From Bacteroidota bacterium (GTDB taxonomy: Bacteria; Bacteroidota; Bacteroidia; NS11-12g; UBA955), in the NCBI GenBank assembly GCA_027488835.1, contig JAIYAW010000004.1, forward strand, positions 71,271-135,270: a DNA stretch of 64,000 nt, given 5' to 3'. A program made the translations under genes and the position numbers. Under the pieces are notes generated by a model. It made no database searches. It had not been told where the DNA came from and was given only the letters and a program-made list of their open reading frames with translations. Of the stretch, positions 1 through 10,534 are shown in pieces. The number at the start of each line of letters is the position of its first letter. The first letter of the stretch is position 1.

Positions 1-1623
1 ACTTAATCTATGCGCAATTACAATGGCTGTTCTCTTTTCTAACAGCAGCTGAATTGCGTTTTGAATCATTTCTTCGGTATGCGAATCAATTGAGCTTGTT
101 GCTTCATCTAAGACAATCATATCAGGCTTCATTGTGAGAGCACGAATAAACGAAATCAACTGTCTTTGTCCTTGGGAAAGTGATAAACCTCTTTCTTTTA
201 CATTGAAATCAAATCCACCCGGTAATTTTTCAATGAAATCGTATGCCCCAATTTCTCTTGCAACTTTTTCAATTTCAGACGAACTTACATCTTGGTTTTT
301 AAGCACCAAGTTGCTTTTTATACTCCCAGAGAAAAGAAATACATCTTGTAATACAACGGCAATTTTCTTTCTAAGTGTTTGCAGCTGGTAATCGTTTACA
401 TTTTTTCCATCAATAAGAATATCCCCTTTTTGATGTTGGTACATTTGGGTAACCAAATTGGCAATGGTTGTTTTACCGCTGCCGGTTGCACCCACAATAG
501 CCAACGATTTTCCCGCTTCAATGGTAAATGATATGTCCCTCAATATCCAATTTTCATCATTGTAAGCAAACCATATGTTTTTGAATTCAATGTCTCCATT
601 TATTTTTTGAGGGATATAAGTTCCTGTTTTTTCAATGTTCTCTTCAGAATCTATTAGCAAAAATATTCTTTCAGCACTCACTATTCCCATTTGGATATTG
701 TTAAAACGATCTGCAATGGCACGAACGGGTCTAAAAAACAAGTTGATAAACATAATAAACGCGGTAAGTTCGCCAAGATGAATGGTTTGTTTTAAAACAG
801 CTTGGCTACCAAAACTCACAATAATTGCAAAAGCAACCGCAATCAATGCTTCAACAATGGGAAAGAAAATGGAATAGTAAAATATACTTCTGATATTGGC
901 AGCTTTGTGTTTTTTATTGATAGCCTCGAATTTTTGATATTCACGTTCTTGCTGATTAAACAATTGAACAATTTGCATACCTGTAATTCTTTCCTGTAAA
1001 AACGCATTCAAATTGGCAACTTGGTTACGCACTTCTTGAAATGTATCGCGAATACCTTTTCTGAATTTGTTTGCACTGTACATCAAAATAGGAATTACCA
1101 ATAACGTTAAAAATGTGAGTTTTACGTTGATATAAAACATACAAACCAAAATGGCAATGATTTGAATAAGATCACCGAGAATGGTAATAATTCCCGATGA
1201 AAATAAGTCTGTAATTGTTTGAATGTCGGAAATACTTCTGGTTACAGCCGTTCCCACGGGTGTTTTGTCAAAAAAGCTTAATTTTAATTGAATCAGATGG
1301 TCATAAACAAATTGTCGGAGTTTTAAAATAATAGATTGGGCAATTCTCTCCGATAAATAGGCATTCACAAATCCAAGACCTGCTTGTATAACCAACCATA
1401 CAACCAAAATGCCACACCAAAAAGAAAGCAAGTGAAATTTGTTTGCTAAAATCACTTGGTCAATTACAATTTTATATAAATAGGGTTGTGTGGCAGTAAG
1501 TAAACTTTGGATAATTGTTAAAGAAATAGCGAGTACAATCCATGTTTTTTGAAACTGAGCCAATTTGAGCAATCTCAATAATAAATGCCATTGTGAGGTG
1601 AATTTGGTTTTCTTCTCGGTCAT
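1..1623 (-). CDS. ABC transporter fused permease/ATP-binding protein (MsbA/MdlB-like), 3' end runs off the window
   Basis: Not in the ORF track (no stop in window). Manual translation from ATG at 1623 (MTEKKTKFTSQW...) gives TM helices, Walker A GATGSGKTT, signature LSQGQRQ, Walker B IVLDEATSS and H-loop IAHRLS at base 1. Confidence 0.93.
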   Translation of the reverse strand, partial: MTEKKTKFTSQWHLLLRLLKLAQFQKTWIVLAISLTIIQSLLTATQPYLYKIVIDQVILANKFHLLSFWCGILVVWLVIQAGLGFVNAYLSERIAQSIILKLRQFVYDHLIQLKLSFFDKTPVGTAVTRSISDIQTITDLFSSGIITILGDLIQIIAILVCMFYINVKLTFLTLLVIPILMYSANKFRKGIRDTFQEVRNQVANLNAFLQERITGMQIVQLFNQQEREYQKFEAINKKHKAANIRSIFYYSIFFPIVEALIAVAFAIIVSFGSQAVLKQTIHLGELTAFIMFINLFFRPVRAIADRFNNIQMGIVSAERIFLLIDSEENIEKTGTYIPQKINGDIEFKNIWFAYNDENWILRDISFTIEAGKSLAIVGATGSGKTTIANLVTQMYQHQKGDILIDGKNVNDYQLQTLRKKIAVVLQDVFLFSGSIKSNLVLKNQDVSSSEIEKVAREIGAYDFIEKLPGGFDFNVKERGLSLSQGQRQLISFIRALTMKPDMIVLDEATSSIDSHTEEMIQNAIQLLLEKRTAIVIAHRLS

Positions 1624-1748
1624 TACCTCACAAAACTACTTTGAAGTTTCCAAATGCCCTAATTCTATTAGTGTCTTCGGGTAATTGTGTAAAACTTTTG
1701 TAGGTAAATGATTTGCATAACCCCTTCATCATTAGTTAATATTGTAGT

Positions 1749-2366
1749 ATGGCTCGTCACATTGCAATTGCTGGAAATATTGGTGCAGGAAAAACTACTT
1801 TAACTCATTTGTTATCTAAACATTATGGTTGGGAAATGCAATTAGAAGACATGGATGACAATCCATATATTTCTGATTTTTACGAAGACATGCAACGTTG
1901 GAGTTTTAATTTACAAGTGTATTTTTTGAATACACGTTGGAAACACGTTCAAGATATTCGTAAAGGTGAAAAAACGGTTGTTCAAGATCGCACAATTTAT
2001 GAAGATGCCTATATTTTTGCGCCAAATTTACATTCCATGGGATTGATGAGCACCCGTGATTTTGAAAACTATAGCCGCCTTTTTGAGAACATCAGTACCC
2101 AAATTGAACAACCAGATTTATTGATTTACTTGCGTGCCTCAATTCCCAAATTAGTTGATCAAATTCAAATGCGTGGGCGCGATTATGAAGATGCCATTCG
2201 TTTGGATTATTTAAAAAGATTGAATGAACGTTACGAAGCGTGGATTGGCGATTATAAAGGCCAATTGCTAATATTTAATGTAGATGATATGGATTTTCAA
2301 GAAAACCCAGAAGATCTATCTCAAATTATTGCACAAGTTGAAAGCACATTGAACGGTTTGTTTTAA
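1749..2366 (+). CDS. Deoxynucleoside kinase (dNK family)
   Basis: P-loop AGNIGAGKTT, DRTIYED motif, RGRDYE lid. Confidence 0.93.
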   Translation: MARHIAIAGNIGAGKTTLTHLLSKHYGWEMQLEDMDDNPYISDFYEDMQRWSFNLQVYFLNTRWKHVQDIRKGEKTVVQDRTIYEDAYIFAPNLHSMGLMSTRDFENYSRLFENISTQIEQPDLLIYLRASIPKLVDQIQMRGRDYEDAIRLDYLKRLNERYEAWIGDYKGQLLIFNVDDMDFQENPEDLSQIIAQVESTLNGLF

Positions 2367-2794
2367 TGTCTTTAGATTATTCAGAATATCTATCTCTAGT
2401 TCAGGTTCGCCCTGATGATATTGATTTGTTTGGACATGTTCACAGCGCCAAATATCTAGACTATTTCTTAGCTGCTCGTTTTGAGCAAATGCAGAAAAAT
2501 TATTTATGTGGTATGGATGAATTCTTAAGCAAAGGACTTGGTTGGTTTTTGCAAGATTTTGACATTTCATTCAAAAGGCAACTCAAAATGGGCGATGTGG
2601 CCAATGTCTTCACAAGAATAATTTTACTTGAAAGAACCGGATCTATTGTTGGATTTCGAATGAACAATGCTGCAAATAAGTTGGTTGCCGAAGGCAAAGC
2701 TAAATTTGCGTTGGTAGATATAAAAACGGCAAGAGCAGTTTCTGTTCCTGACTGGGTTGTAGATCGTTACTCTGTGAAAGAACAAAATACTTAA
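2366..2794 (+). CDS. Acyl-CoA thioesterase (YbgC/4HBT hot-dog fold)
   Basis: VRPDDIDLFGHVHSAKYLDYF matches the D-x-x-G-H-V motif; overlaps the dNK stop codon. Confidence 0.85.
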   Translation: MSLDYSEYLSLVQVRPDDIDLFGHVHSAKYLDYFLAARFEQMQKNYLCGMDEFLSKGLGWFLQDFDISFKRQLKMGDVANVFTRIILLERTGSIVGFRMNNAANKLVAEGKAKFALVDIKTARAVSVPDWVVDRYSVKEQNT

Positions 2795-2816
2795 ATACAA
2801 TTCCTTACATTTGAAT

Positions 2817-4832
2817 ATGCATTTTCAACAGCCTGGTTTTTTGTGGGGATTTCTGTTAATTTTACTTCCGATCATTATTCATTTATTCCAGTTTAGAAAA
2901 TTTAAAACAATTTATTTTCCTGGCGTTTTTAGATTGGTTGAACAATTAAATGCTTCTAAAAAACAAAAAACAATTAAGCATTGGTGGCTCTTGATTACGC
3001 GATCATTGGCAATTTTCTTTTTGGTTTTATCCTTTTCTATGCCATCTTGTAATGAACAACATCAAGTAACTACACTCGAAAATAAGATTGTGGTGGTGAT
3101 AGATTGTTCGCCGAGTATGACGCTGCAAAGAAATGGTGAAGTGTTATTAGAAAAAGCCAAAAACGCAGGACGAAAGATTATTAAAAATGCGAGTGCAAAT
3201 ACTAAATTCGCAATCATTGCCAATCATTCTCAAATGTCTCAGCAATGGCTTGATTCGAGAGCGGCTTTGAATGTGATTAGTGAAATCCAAGCCAATCAAA
3301 TTCCAGAATCTCTTCCAGATTGGATGAAAAATATTGATCCATTAATTAGCGGAAACGACGGTAGTAATTTGTTTGTTTATTTAATTACCGACGCCAAACA
3401 AGATGTTTTTGAGGGATACAAGAATATCAATTATACGAATGCAATTTGGAAGGTTGTAGAAATTGAATCAATAGACTCAAGGAATTTTTCAATTGATTCC
3501 GCTTTTGTTACAAATCCTTGGAATGCCAATATCAAATCTCAAACTATCACTGCCCAGGTTTCTTGTTCGCAATCAGATTATGTGGGAAGTATAAATGTTC
3601 AGTTAATATCTGATGGCAAAATCATTGGCAACAGCAAAGCTGATTTCAATAAACAAAACAAATTAGAGGTCAATTTCTTATTGCCCAATGCATCTTTGAA
3701 TAAATTGAAATTAAGTATAGAAGACAATTCAATTCAGGCTGATAACTCGTTGTTGCTTCAATTGAATACAAGTGAAGAATTCCCTTTGGTTGTGAGTGGG
3801 AATAATCCCTTTGTAAATAGGTTATTAAAAACGCAATCTATTTTCCAAGTAAAACCATTTGATGGATTTGAAAAAATGAGTGCAGAAGTTAAAACTGCAG
3901 TTTTTTGCAATGTGGAAAATATGAATGCTGAAGCATTGATAAGAATATCTGAGTTAACGCAAAAAGGAGTAACTGTAGTTTGTATTCCACAATCAAAAAA
4001 TATCAATGCCAATGACTTTTTGGGACTGAAAGTGAATTTGAAAAAAGAAAAATACGCCATTGCTGCGGGTGGTTTGAATAATGATGTTTTTAAAAGTGCA
4101 TTTACAGAGGCCATTGATGAAAAAACCCAAATGCCTTTCGTGACTGAATATTTTCAAATTGAAAAGCAGATTGAGCCAAACTGGCAAACCATTTTAACCT
4201 TAGAAAACAACGATCCAATTTTATTAAAAAAAGAGTCAGGAAATGGAACTGTTTGGTTATGGTTGTCTGATTTTGAAACGGGGAGTGTTTCCTTTGCCAA
4301 ATCATCTTTGTTTTTGCCTTTATTTACCCAATTATTCATGGGGAGTTTTCAGGAAGCCAAACCCATACTTGGGTTTTTGAATTCAAGTAACCCTTTGCCT
4401 ATTTCTCATGTAAAGGAATTTAACATTGAAAAAGGTGCCGTTTTGAGAAGTGAACAATCTGAATGGATTGTGAATTTAGAAATGAGTGAATTTGGACTTG
4501 CCTTTAATACCCAATTCCAATCAAATAAACCAAGTTATTACGATTTATGTCCCTCAAAAGGAAGCAAGTTTAAGGAAATAATTGCACTGAATGCGCTTCG
4601 AACAGAGAGAGATTTAAAATCAATTTCTTTAGAAAGAAAAAATGAAATGCAACAGTTGGGTGTTAAATTTGTGGAAGAACAACAAATGTTGAATAAATTA
4701 ACAATGATTCAAGCTGATAATTCACTGTGGCGATTATTTTTATGGCTATCGGCCCTGTTTTTTGCAGGGGAAGTTGTATTATTGGTTTTGAAATATAAAA
4801 ATAAACAAACGAATTCGGTTAAAACTGTATGA
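2817..4832 (+). CDS. BatA N-terminal domain + vWA-domain membrane protein
   Basis: LLPIIIHLFQFRKFKTIYF BatA motif, MIDAS-like DCSPSM, C-terminal LWRLFLW TM helix; ATG 2817 follows a TACATTTG box. Confidence 0.85.
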   Translation: MHFQQPGFLWGFLLILLPIIIHLFQFRKFKTIYFPGVFRLVEQLNASKKQKTIKHWWLLITRSLAIFFLVLSFSMPSCNEQHQVTTLENKIVVVIDCSPSMTLQRNGEVLLEKAKNAGRKIIKNASANTKFAIIANHSQMSQQWLDSRAALNVISEIQANQIPESLPDWMKNIDPLISGNDGSNLFVYLITDAKQDVFEGYKNINYTNAIWKVVEIESIDSRNFSIDSAFVTNPWNANIKSQTITAQVSCSQSDYVGSINVQLISDGKIIGNSKADFNKQNKLEVNFLLPNASLNKLKLSIEDNSIQADNSLLLQLNTSEEFPLVVSGNNPFVNRLLKTQSIFQVKPFDGFEKMSAEVKTAVFCNVENMNAEALIRISELTQKGVTVVCIPQSKNINANDFLGLKVNLKKEKYAIAAGGLNNDVFKSAFTEAIDEKTQMPFVTEYFQIEKQIEPNWQTILTLENNDPILLKKESGNGTVWLWLSDFETGSVSFAKSSLFLPLFTQLFMGSFQEAKPILGFLNSSNPLPISHVKEFNIEKGAVLRSEQSEWIVNLEMSEFGLAFNTQFQSNKPSYYDLCPSKGSKFKEIIALNALRTERDLKSISLERKNEMQQLGVKFVEEQQMLNKLTMIQADNSLWRLFLWLSALFFAGEVVLLVLKYKNKQTNSVKTV

Positions 4833-6094
4833 CAAATAATCTTCTAATTAAATCTGCAAAAGTAATTGATGCCAAAAGCAAATGGAACAATCAATTGGTT
4901 GATGTTCTCATTGAAAATGGGAAAATTTCCAATATTGCTCCAAATATCAATCAAGCAAATATTGAAACTTTTGATGCAAGTGGGAATTGTATTTCACTTG
5001 GTTGGTTTGATGCATTTGCAACCTGCCCTGATCCTGGTGCACATTGGAAAGAAGATTTGATTTCATTGTCGCATGCTGCCCGAATTGGAGGATTTACATC
5101 TGTTGCCGCATTGTGTGGGTCAAATCCATTGCCTGAGAATGCAACAGTGATTTCTCAAATTAAACACGCATCAAATCAATGCGCTGTTCAGATTTATCCT
5201 TTAGGTCTTTCAAGTGAACATCAGTTAGGAAAAGAAATGGCCGAAGTGTTTGAAATGTTTCAAGCTGGAAGTATAGGTCAAACCGATGGAATCGTTTCTA
5301 GTGCTTCGGTTTCGCTAAGAAGCAAACTCATGCAATACTGTTCATCGTTGAATATTCCGTATTTACATTTTCCTTTTGAATCTAAATTGGTTACGGGAGG
5401 GGTTGTGAATGAAGGAATTGTCAATGTGAATTTAGGATTAAAAGGTTTGCCTGTTGCCAGTGAAACCATGGCAATTTTGTCGGATTTGGTAATGGCCGAA
5501 TGGTTAAATGTTCCTTTGCGAGTTATTGGAATCAGTAGTGCTGCATCGGTAGAAATAATAAGAAAAGCCAAAGCAGATGGATATGAAGTATATGCTGCCG
5601 TACCAATTATGAATTTGGCTTACAATGAAAATTCAGTTGGTGAATTTGACGAAAACTTTAAGGTTTACCCACCATTGAGAACGGAATTAGACCGACTGGC
5701 CTTAGTTCAAGGAGTTTTAGACGGTACCATTGATGCTATTATGAGTAACCACTGTCCAGAAGATGTTGAATCAAAAAACGTTGAATTTGAATATGCAACA
5801 TTTGGAGCAGCAACCTTACCTTCATTTTTTAATATGACGCTAGAAACTTTTGGATCTGACTTCAATAATGTTGTGAGTACGTTGGTCAATGGGGCCAACA
5901 AAATTTACAATATGCCTGAAAGGAATTTTGAAGTGGGTGAAATTGCCGATTTTACCATATTTTCAACCGAAGTAAATCATACATTAACAAAGCAAAATCA
6001 ATATACCAAAGCCTATAATGTTTTGGGATTAAATAAAACTACAAAAGGAAAAGTGATAGCAGTAGTTTCTAAAGGATTGTTGCACAATAATTAA
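4829..6094 (+). CDS. pyrC: Dihydroorotase homologue, probably catalytically inactive (PyrC'-like)
   Basis: Amidohydrolase layout (DVLIENGKI, GGFTSV, FKVYPPLR, ADFTIF), but metal-binding motifs are replaced: DAFATCPDPG for DxHxHxRxPG, SNHCPE for TDHAPH. Confidence 0.8.
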   Translation: MTNNLLIKSAKVIDAKSKWNNQLVDVLIENGKISNIAPNINQANIETFDASGNCISLGWFDAFATCPDPGAHWKEDLISLSHAARIGGFTSVAALCGSNPLPENATVISQIKHASNQCAVQIYPLGLSSEHQLGKEMAEVFEMFQAGSIGQTDGIVSSASVSLRSKLMQYCSSLNIPYLHFPFESKLVTGGVVNEGIVNVNLGLKGLPVASETMAILSDLVMAEWLNVPLRVIGISSAASVEIIRKAKADGYEVYAAVPIMNLAYNENSVGEFDENFKVYPPLRTELDRLALVQGVLDGTIDAIMSNHCPEDVESKNVEFEYATFGAATLPSFFNMTLETFGSDFNNVVSTLVNGANKIYNMPERNFEVGEIADFTIFSTEVNHTLTKQNQYTKAYNVLGLNKTTKGKVIAVVSKGLLHNN

Positions 6095-6095
6095 T

Positions 6096-6662
6096 ATGGA
6101 AAAGTTAAAATTGATTTTTAATCGTCCTGCGGTGATTCATGGCCTTCTGGCCGGAGCTTTGCTTTTTGCAGTAAAAATGGTTTTTCTTTTTTCCGGGAAT
6201 TTCAACTATCGTTATTCTCCAACTTTTCCGATGTTGTCGTTTTTGCCTATATATGCGGCAATTTTGATCAGCGGAAAGGCTGAAAGGGCAATTCTAGGTG
6301 AAGGTTATACTTACAAAAGAGCCCTGTTTGCAGCTTTAAGAACGATTTCTATTGCCGTTGTGATATCAATATTGGCCGATAAAATTGCATTGTCATCTAG
6401 CCCGCAAGTCTTAACCCAAGTTATCGAAATTGAAAGGGCACAAAAATTAGAAATATTTAAAGCGCTCCCCAATTTATACGATAACAGCCAGAAAGATTTT
6501 ATTATGTCGAATATCCATCCAAATAATTGGTTGGAGATCATTGGCAAAATGATAGGTTTGATTATTTCAAATGGATTGTTGGCATTGATCGTTGTAAATT
6601 CAACCAAGTTTAGAAAGCCTAAAAATAATTGGTTGAATAATAACGATGTAGAAAATTCATGA
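6096..6662 (+). CDS. Membrane protein (DUF4199-like)
   Basis: Four hydrophobic segments, GYTYKRAL motif, position after pyrC. Confidence 0.6.
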   Translation: MEKLKLIFNRPAVIHGLLAGALLFAVKMVFLFSGNFNYRYSPTFPMLSFLPIYAAILISGKAERAILGEGYTYKRALFAALRTISIAVVISILADKIALSSSPQVLTQVIEIERAQKLEIFKALPNLYDNSQKDFIMSNIHPNNWLEIIGKMIGLIISNGLLALIVVNSTKFRKPKNNWLNNNDVENS

Positions 6663-7459
6663 TACGCGAAATTTCTAGCTTCCAAAATGATTGGGTAAAA
6701 CACATTAAAGTTTTACAAGAGAAAAATCGCGCCCGCAAAAAAGAAGGTGTCTTTCTTGTTGAGGGACTTATCGAAATCAAATTGTGTATTGAGGCTGGTT
6801 ATAGAGTTAAAGAACTTGCTTTTTGTAGGGATTTGATTTCTGATGGACATTTGTCTGAGAGAATTGGAATTGAATTAGATACAATTGCGAATATATATTT
6901 ACTTTCCTCTGCCGTTTTTGAATCGTTGGCATACAGGGGTGGTGTTGAGAATGCCATTGCAGTAGTTGCATTCCCAGAACAAAGGCCCACATTGAATGAT
7001 TTGAAATCAGATGGGTTGTATTTGGTAGCAGAAGCGGTTGAGAAACCAGGTAATTTAGGTGCAATACTAAGAACAGCCGATGCATCCAAAATGGATGCAA
7101 TTATAGTTTGTGATGAGTTGTTGGATGTTTTTCATCCTAATGTAATAAGAAATAGTTTGGGATGTGTTTTTACTGTTCCTGTAATTGTTTGTAGTTCAAA
7201 TGATGCCATTGATATGTTCCAGAAGAAGAATATTCAAATTTTTTCTACTTTTATGGATGAGTCAATTTCATTGTTTGATGCAAACTTAACCGGTGGCGTG
7301 GCATTGGTAGTTGGAACTGAACATCAAGGCTTGTCTGGTTCTTGGAGAAACGTTGGACAAAATATTAATATTCCAATGCTTGGTTTTGTTGATAGTTTAA
7401 ACGTTTCTGTTGCTTCAGCGGTATTAATGTACGAAGCGAGGCGCCAACGAATTAAATAA
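6659..7459 (+). CDS. TrmH/SpoU family RNA methyltransferase
   Basis: EKPGNLGAILRTADA, GTEHQGL and IPMLGFVDSLNVSVA SPOUT motifs. Confidence 0.93.
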   Translation: MIREISSFQNDWVKHIKVLQEKNRARKKEGVFLVEGLIEIKLCIEAGYRVKELAFCRDLISDGHLSERIGIELDTIANIYLLSSAVFESLAYRGGVENAIAVVAFPEQRPTLNDLKSDGLYLVAEAVEKPGNLGAILRTADASKMDAIIVCDELLDVFHPNVIRNSLGCVFTVPVIVCSSNDAIDMFQKKNIQIFSTFMDESISLFDANLTGGVALVVGTEHQGLSGSWRNVGQNINIPMLGFVDSLNVSVASAVLMYEARRQRIK

Positions 7460-7477
7460 ATTTCGTATTATTGTATT

Positions 7478-8806
7478 GTGCAAAAAATAGCAATTCTTGG
7501 CGCGGGCAGAAGTGCCGGTTATTTAATCGAACATTTGTCCCTTGTAGCAAAAGCCAAAAGCTGGGAATTGAAGGTTTATGATCGAGATTTTGAGGGATAT
7601 TTTTCATCCTTTGGAGAAAATGTCAATTGCATTTTTGAACAGTCCAATTTGGCCGATCTCAAAACTTTAGAATCTATTGTTAAATATTCCGATCTTGTAA
7701 TTAGTGTGTTGCCTCCATCGATGCATTTTGGGGTGGCTCGCTTTTGTGTTTTGCATGGAACACATCTGGTAACAGCTTCTTATATCTCGCCTGAAATGAA
7801 AGCGTTGCATGATGTGGCGGTTGAAAATGATGTTGTGCTTTTAAATGAGTTAGGGCTGGATCCTGGAATTGATCATTTGTCTGCTGCAAAAGCGATTTTT
7901 GAAATACAAGAAAAAGGGGGTGAAATTTTTCGATTTGAAAGTTATTGTGGTGGATTAATTACTGAAAGTGATTGCATGGGCAATCCTTGGAAGTATAAAT
8001 TTACTTGGAATCCTAGAAATGTTGTTTTGGCAGGGCAAGGAGGTAAAAGTAAATGGATTGCAAATGGGGAATTACATCAAATTGCTCCGTCCGATGTTTT
8101 TAAACACGTCAAAAGATTTGATTTTCCTGGGTTAGGAGAAATTGAGGCCTATCCAAATAGAGATAGTTTAAGTTACATAGATCAATATCATTTAAAGGGC
8201 GTAAAAACAATGCTACGAGGAACCTTGCGAAGGGTTGGTTACTGCGAGGCTTGGCAAATGTTGATTGATGCGGGATTTACGGACGATGAAAAAGGAATAG
8301 ATTTGGTTTTTGCGAATAGAAGAGATTGGTTTGAATTTATTACCAAATGCAAGTCAGTTGAAGATTGGTTTGTTCAACTGAATTTAACCAGCAGTGAAGT
8401 TTTAGAGAAATTAAAATTCTTAGAATTGGATTCAGAAAATACCAATTCGTTAGATAATCATACTCATGCTGCACATTTGCAAAATATCCTTCAAGAAAAA
8501 TGGAAACTGAATGAATCTGATAAAGATGAAGTATTGATGGTGCATAAAATTGGATATACGTTAAACAATAATCAATTCGAATATGCTGCAACATTGCGCA
8601 TTATTGGTGAGGGAGGAGCCCATACAGCAATGGCCAAAACAGTAGGATTGCCCCTGGCATTAGGTGCCATAGCAATATTGGATGGCAGTATTAAAGAACG
8701 TGGATGCTTGATGCCATTTAATGTGATTTGGGGAAAACAGATATTGCTCCAATTGGAAGAACTTGGAATACAATTTGTGGAGACGATACAACAAATTAAT
8801 AATTAA
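7478..8806 (+). CDS. Saccharopine dehydrogenase (NADP-binding) family protein
   Basis: GAGRSAG Rossmann motif, ELGLDPGIDH, SYCGGL, YKFTWNP, YPNRDS, RGTLR, AMAKTVG. Confidence 0.92.
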   Translation: MQKIAILGAGRSAGYLIEHLSLVAKAKSWELKVYDRDFEGYFSSFGENVNCIFEQSNLADLKTLESIVKYSDLVISVLPPSMHFGVARFCVLHGTHLVTASYISPEMKALHDVAVENDVVLLNELGLDPGIDHLSAAKAIFEIQEKGGEIFRFESYCGGLITESDCMGNPWKYKFTWNPRNVVLAGQGGKSKWIANGELHQIAPSDVFKHVKRFDFPGLGEIEAYPNRDSLSYIDQYHLKGVKTMLRGTLRRVGYCEAWQMLIDAGFTDDEKGIDLVFANRRDWFEFITKCKSVEDWFVQLNLTSSEVLEKLKFLELDSENTNSLDNHTHAAHLQNILQEKWKLNESDKDEVLMVHKIGYTLNNNQFEYAATLRIIGEGGAHTAMAKTVGLPLALGAIAILDGSIKERGCLMPFNVIWGKQILLQLEELGIQFVETIQQINN

Positions 8807-8877
8807 TTATTTGTAGTTTTATCCACACAGTATATTTTCAGAATTCATTTTTGTATTTTTGATAAAACTTTATTCCC

Positions 8878-10065
8878 ATGATAAAACAATTTTTCTTATT
8901 TTTTATTGCGTTCTGCTGCAGCATTTTAAATGTAATTGCACAACAAGATACAGTAGTTAATTTTGAGCAGAATTTACCCGGACACACAAATGCGGTAGAA
9001 ACTGTGGCGTATTCGAAAGATGGTAAATTTTTAATTTCAGGGAGTTGGGATAATACAGCAAGGTTATACACTGTTGATACCAGCGGTGGTATTGCATTTT
9101 CAAAATCATTCACGGGTCATTTTGCTGCAGTTACTGCGGTGGCAATTAATTACCAAAGTACAATGGTTGCAACGGGTTCTAAAGATTTCACAGTAAGGGT
9201 CTATGACATTGCTACTGGTAAACTTTTATTCGTTTCGCGCGATCATAAAGAAGCCATTTCTAATTTGTTATTTGACCCAGCTGGTATGGTTTTGTTTAGT
9301 AGCTCACATGATGGTTCAATTCGTTTGTACGATGTGGTGAATTTTGAGAATAATAAAGCTGAAAAAGCTTTGCAATTCGGAACTAAAATCAATGATTTTA
9401 TACTGTCAACAGCAAAAGGTGCTTTTTTGGTTGCTTCCGCAAAGCCCTTAATAGAACAAATAACCTTAAAGAAAACTGTAACGAAATCTTTTGCAGGTCA
9501 TACTGGTCCGGTAAATTGTTTAGATCTGTCCCCCAATAAAAAAATATTGGCTAGCGGTTCAGACGATAAATCAATCATTATTTGGGACATGGCTAGCGCT
9601 ACAGTTTTGAAAAAATTAACGGGGCATGCTTGGAAAGTAACTTCGGTACAATTTTCTCCAGATGGCAAATATCTAGTGAGTACTTGTAACACCGGAGAAA
9701 TTAAACTTTGGAATTTGGAAACAGGAAAATGTATGACGAATATTCAACCAAAAGGCACAAATGCACGTCAAGCTAGTTTTAACGCCAATGAAACTAGAAT
9801 TGCTGTTGCAAGTTTGCAAACAGGCGGTTCTTATGGAGTTTCTATATATAAAACCCCAATTCGTTATATTCCATTTGTGAAAAAGCAAATGATTAAAGGT
9901 AAAAATGGCAAAATGGTGCCCGCACCAAATTCAGGTCAGCCTCAAGAAGATTGGGCGTGGTCTGATGATGCTGAAGGAAACAAATCTAATGATAAATCTG
10001 GCACCGCAGCTGATGGTTCTACCAAAACTGAAAAACCTAAAACATTACCTAAAAAGAAAAACTAA
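8878..10065 (+). CDS. Secreted WD40-repeat beta-propeller protein
   Basis: Signal peptide, then GH...SGSWD / GSKDFTVRVYD / SGSDDKSIIIWD / IKLWN repeats; low-complexity charged tail. Confidence 0.9.
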   Translation: MIKQFFLFFIAFCCSILNVIAQQDTVVNFEQNLPGHTNAVETVAYSKDGKFLISGSWDNTARLYTVDTSGGIAFSKSFTGHFAAVTAVAINYQSTMVATGSKDFTVRVYDIATGKLLFVSRDHKEAISNLLFDPAGMVLFSSSHDGSIRLYDVVNFENNKAEKALQFGTKINDFILSTAKGAFLVASAKPLIEQITLKKTVTKSFAGHTGPVNCLDLSPNKKILASGSDDKSIIIWDMASATVLKKLTGHAWKVTSVQFSPDGKYLVSTCNTGEIKLWNLETGKCMTNIQPKGTNARQASFNANETRIAVASLQTGGSYGVSIYKTPIRYIPFVKKQMIKGKNGKMVPAPNSGQPQEDWAWSDDAEGNKSNDKSGTAADGSTKTEKPKTLPKKKN

Positions 10066-10478
10066 TGAGTGAATTATTTAATAGTAGCAAAGCCCCTGAG
10101 CCAGTAGGATTGTATCCTCATGCACGCAGGGTAGGTAATTTGTTGTTTTTGAGTGGCGTTGGTCCAAGAGAAAAAGGCACAAAGGTTATTCCGGGTGTGG
10201 AATTAGACGAAAATAGAAATATTCTAAGTTACGACATTGAAACACAGTGCCGTTCGGTATTTCAGAATGTTCGTTGGATATTGGAAGATGCAGGAAGCAG
10301 TTGGAACAACATTGTTGATGTTACGGTTTTTCTTACAAATATGAAAGACGATTTTCCTATTTATAACAAACTTTGGGCAGAATATTTTGGTGAAAATCCA
10401 CCTTGCAGAACTACGTTAGAAATTAATTGTTTGCCAACGCCCATTGGCATTGAGCTTAAAGTGATAGCAACGATATAA
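10065..10478 (+). CDS. RidA/YjgF family protein (2-aminomuconate deaminase-like)
   Basis: APEPVGLYPHARRVGNLLFLSG, PPCRTT, IELKVIA. Confidence 0.88.
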   Translation: MSELFNSSKAPEPVGLYPHARRVGNLLFLSGVGPREKGTKVIPGVELDENRNILSYDIETQCRSVFQNVRWILEDAGSSWNNIVDVTVFLTNMKDDFPIYNKLWAEYFGENPPCRTTLEINCLPTPIGIELKVIATI

Positions 10479-10492
10479 AGTTATTTGATACA

Positions 10493-10530
10493 AACAAAAA
10501 ACCTTGAAGATTTTTCAAGGTTTTTTTGTT
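10493..10530. terminator. Bidirectional intrinsic terminator between ridA-like gene and xerC
   Basis: AACAAAAAACCTTGAA-GATTT-TTCAAGGTTTTTTTGTT inverted repeat with A/T tracts, between convergent genes. Confidence 0.8.
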
Positions 10531-10534
10531 GGTG

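Noticed and set aside
134-999. Plus-strand ORFs 134-391 and 802-999, and the many other short antisense ORFs in the track (e.g. 12154-12630, 30171-30761, 45110-45680)
   Set aside because: They are shadows on the opposite strand or in another frame of well-supported genes.
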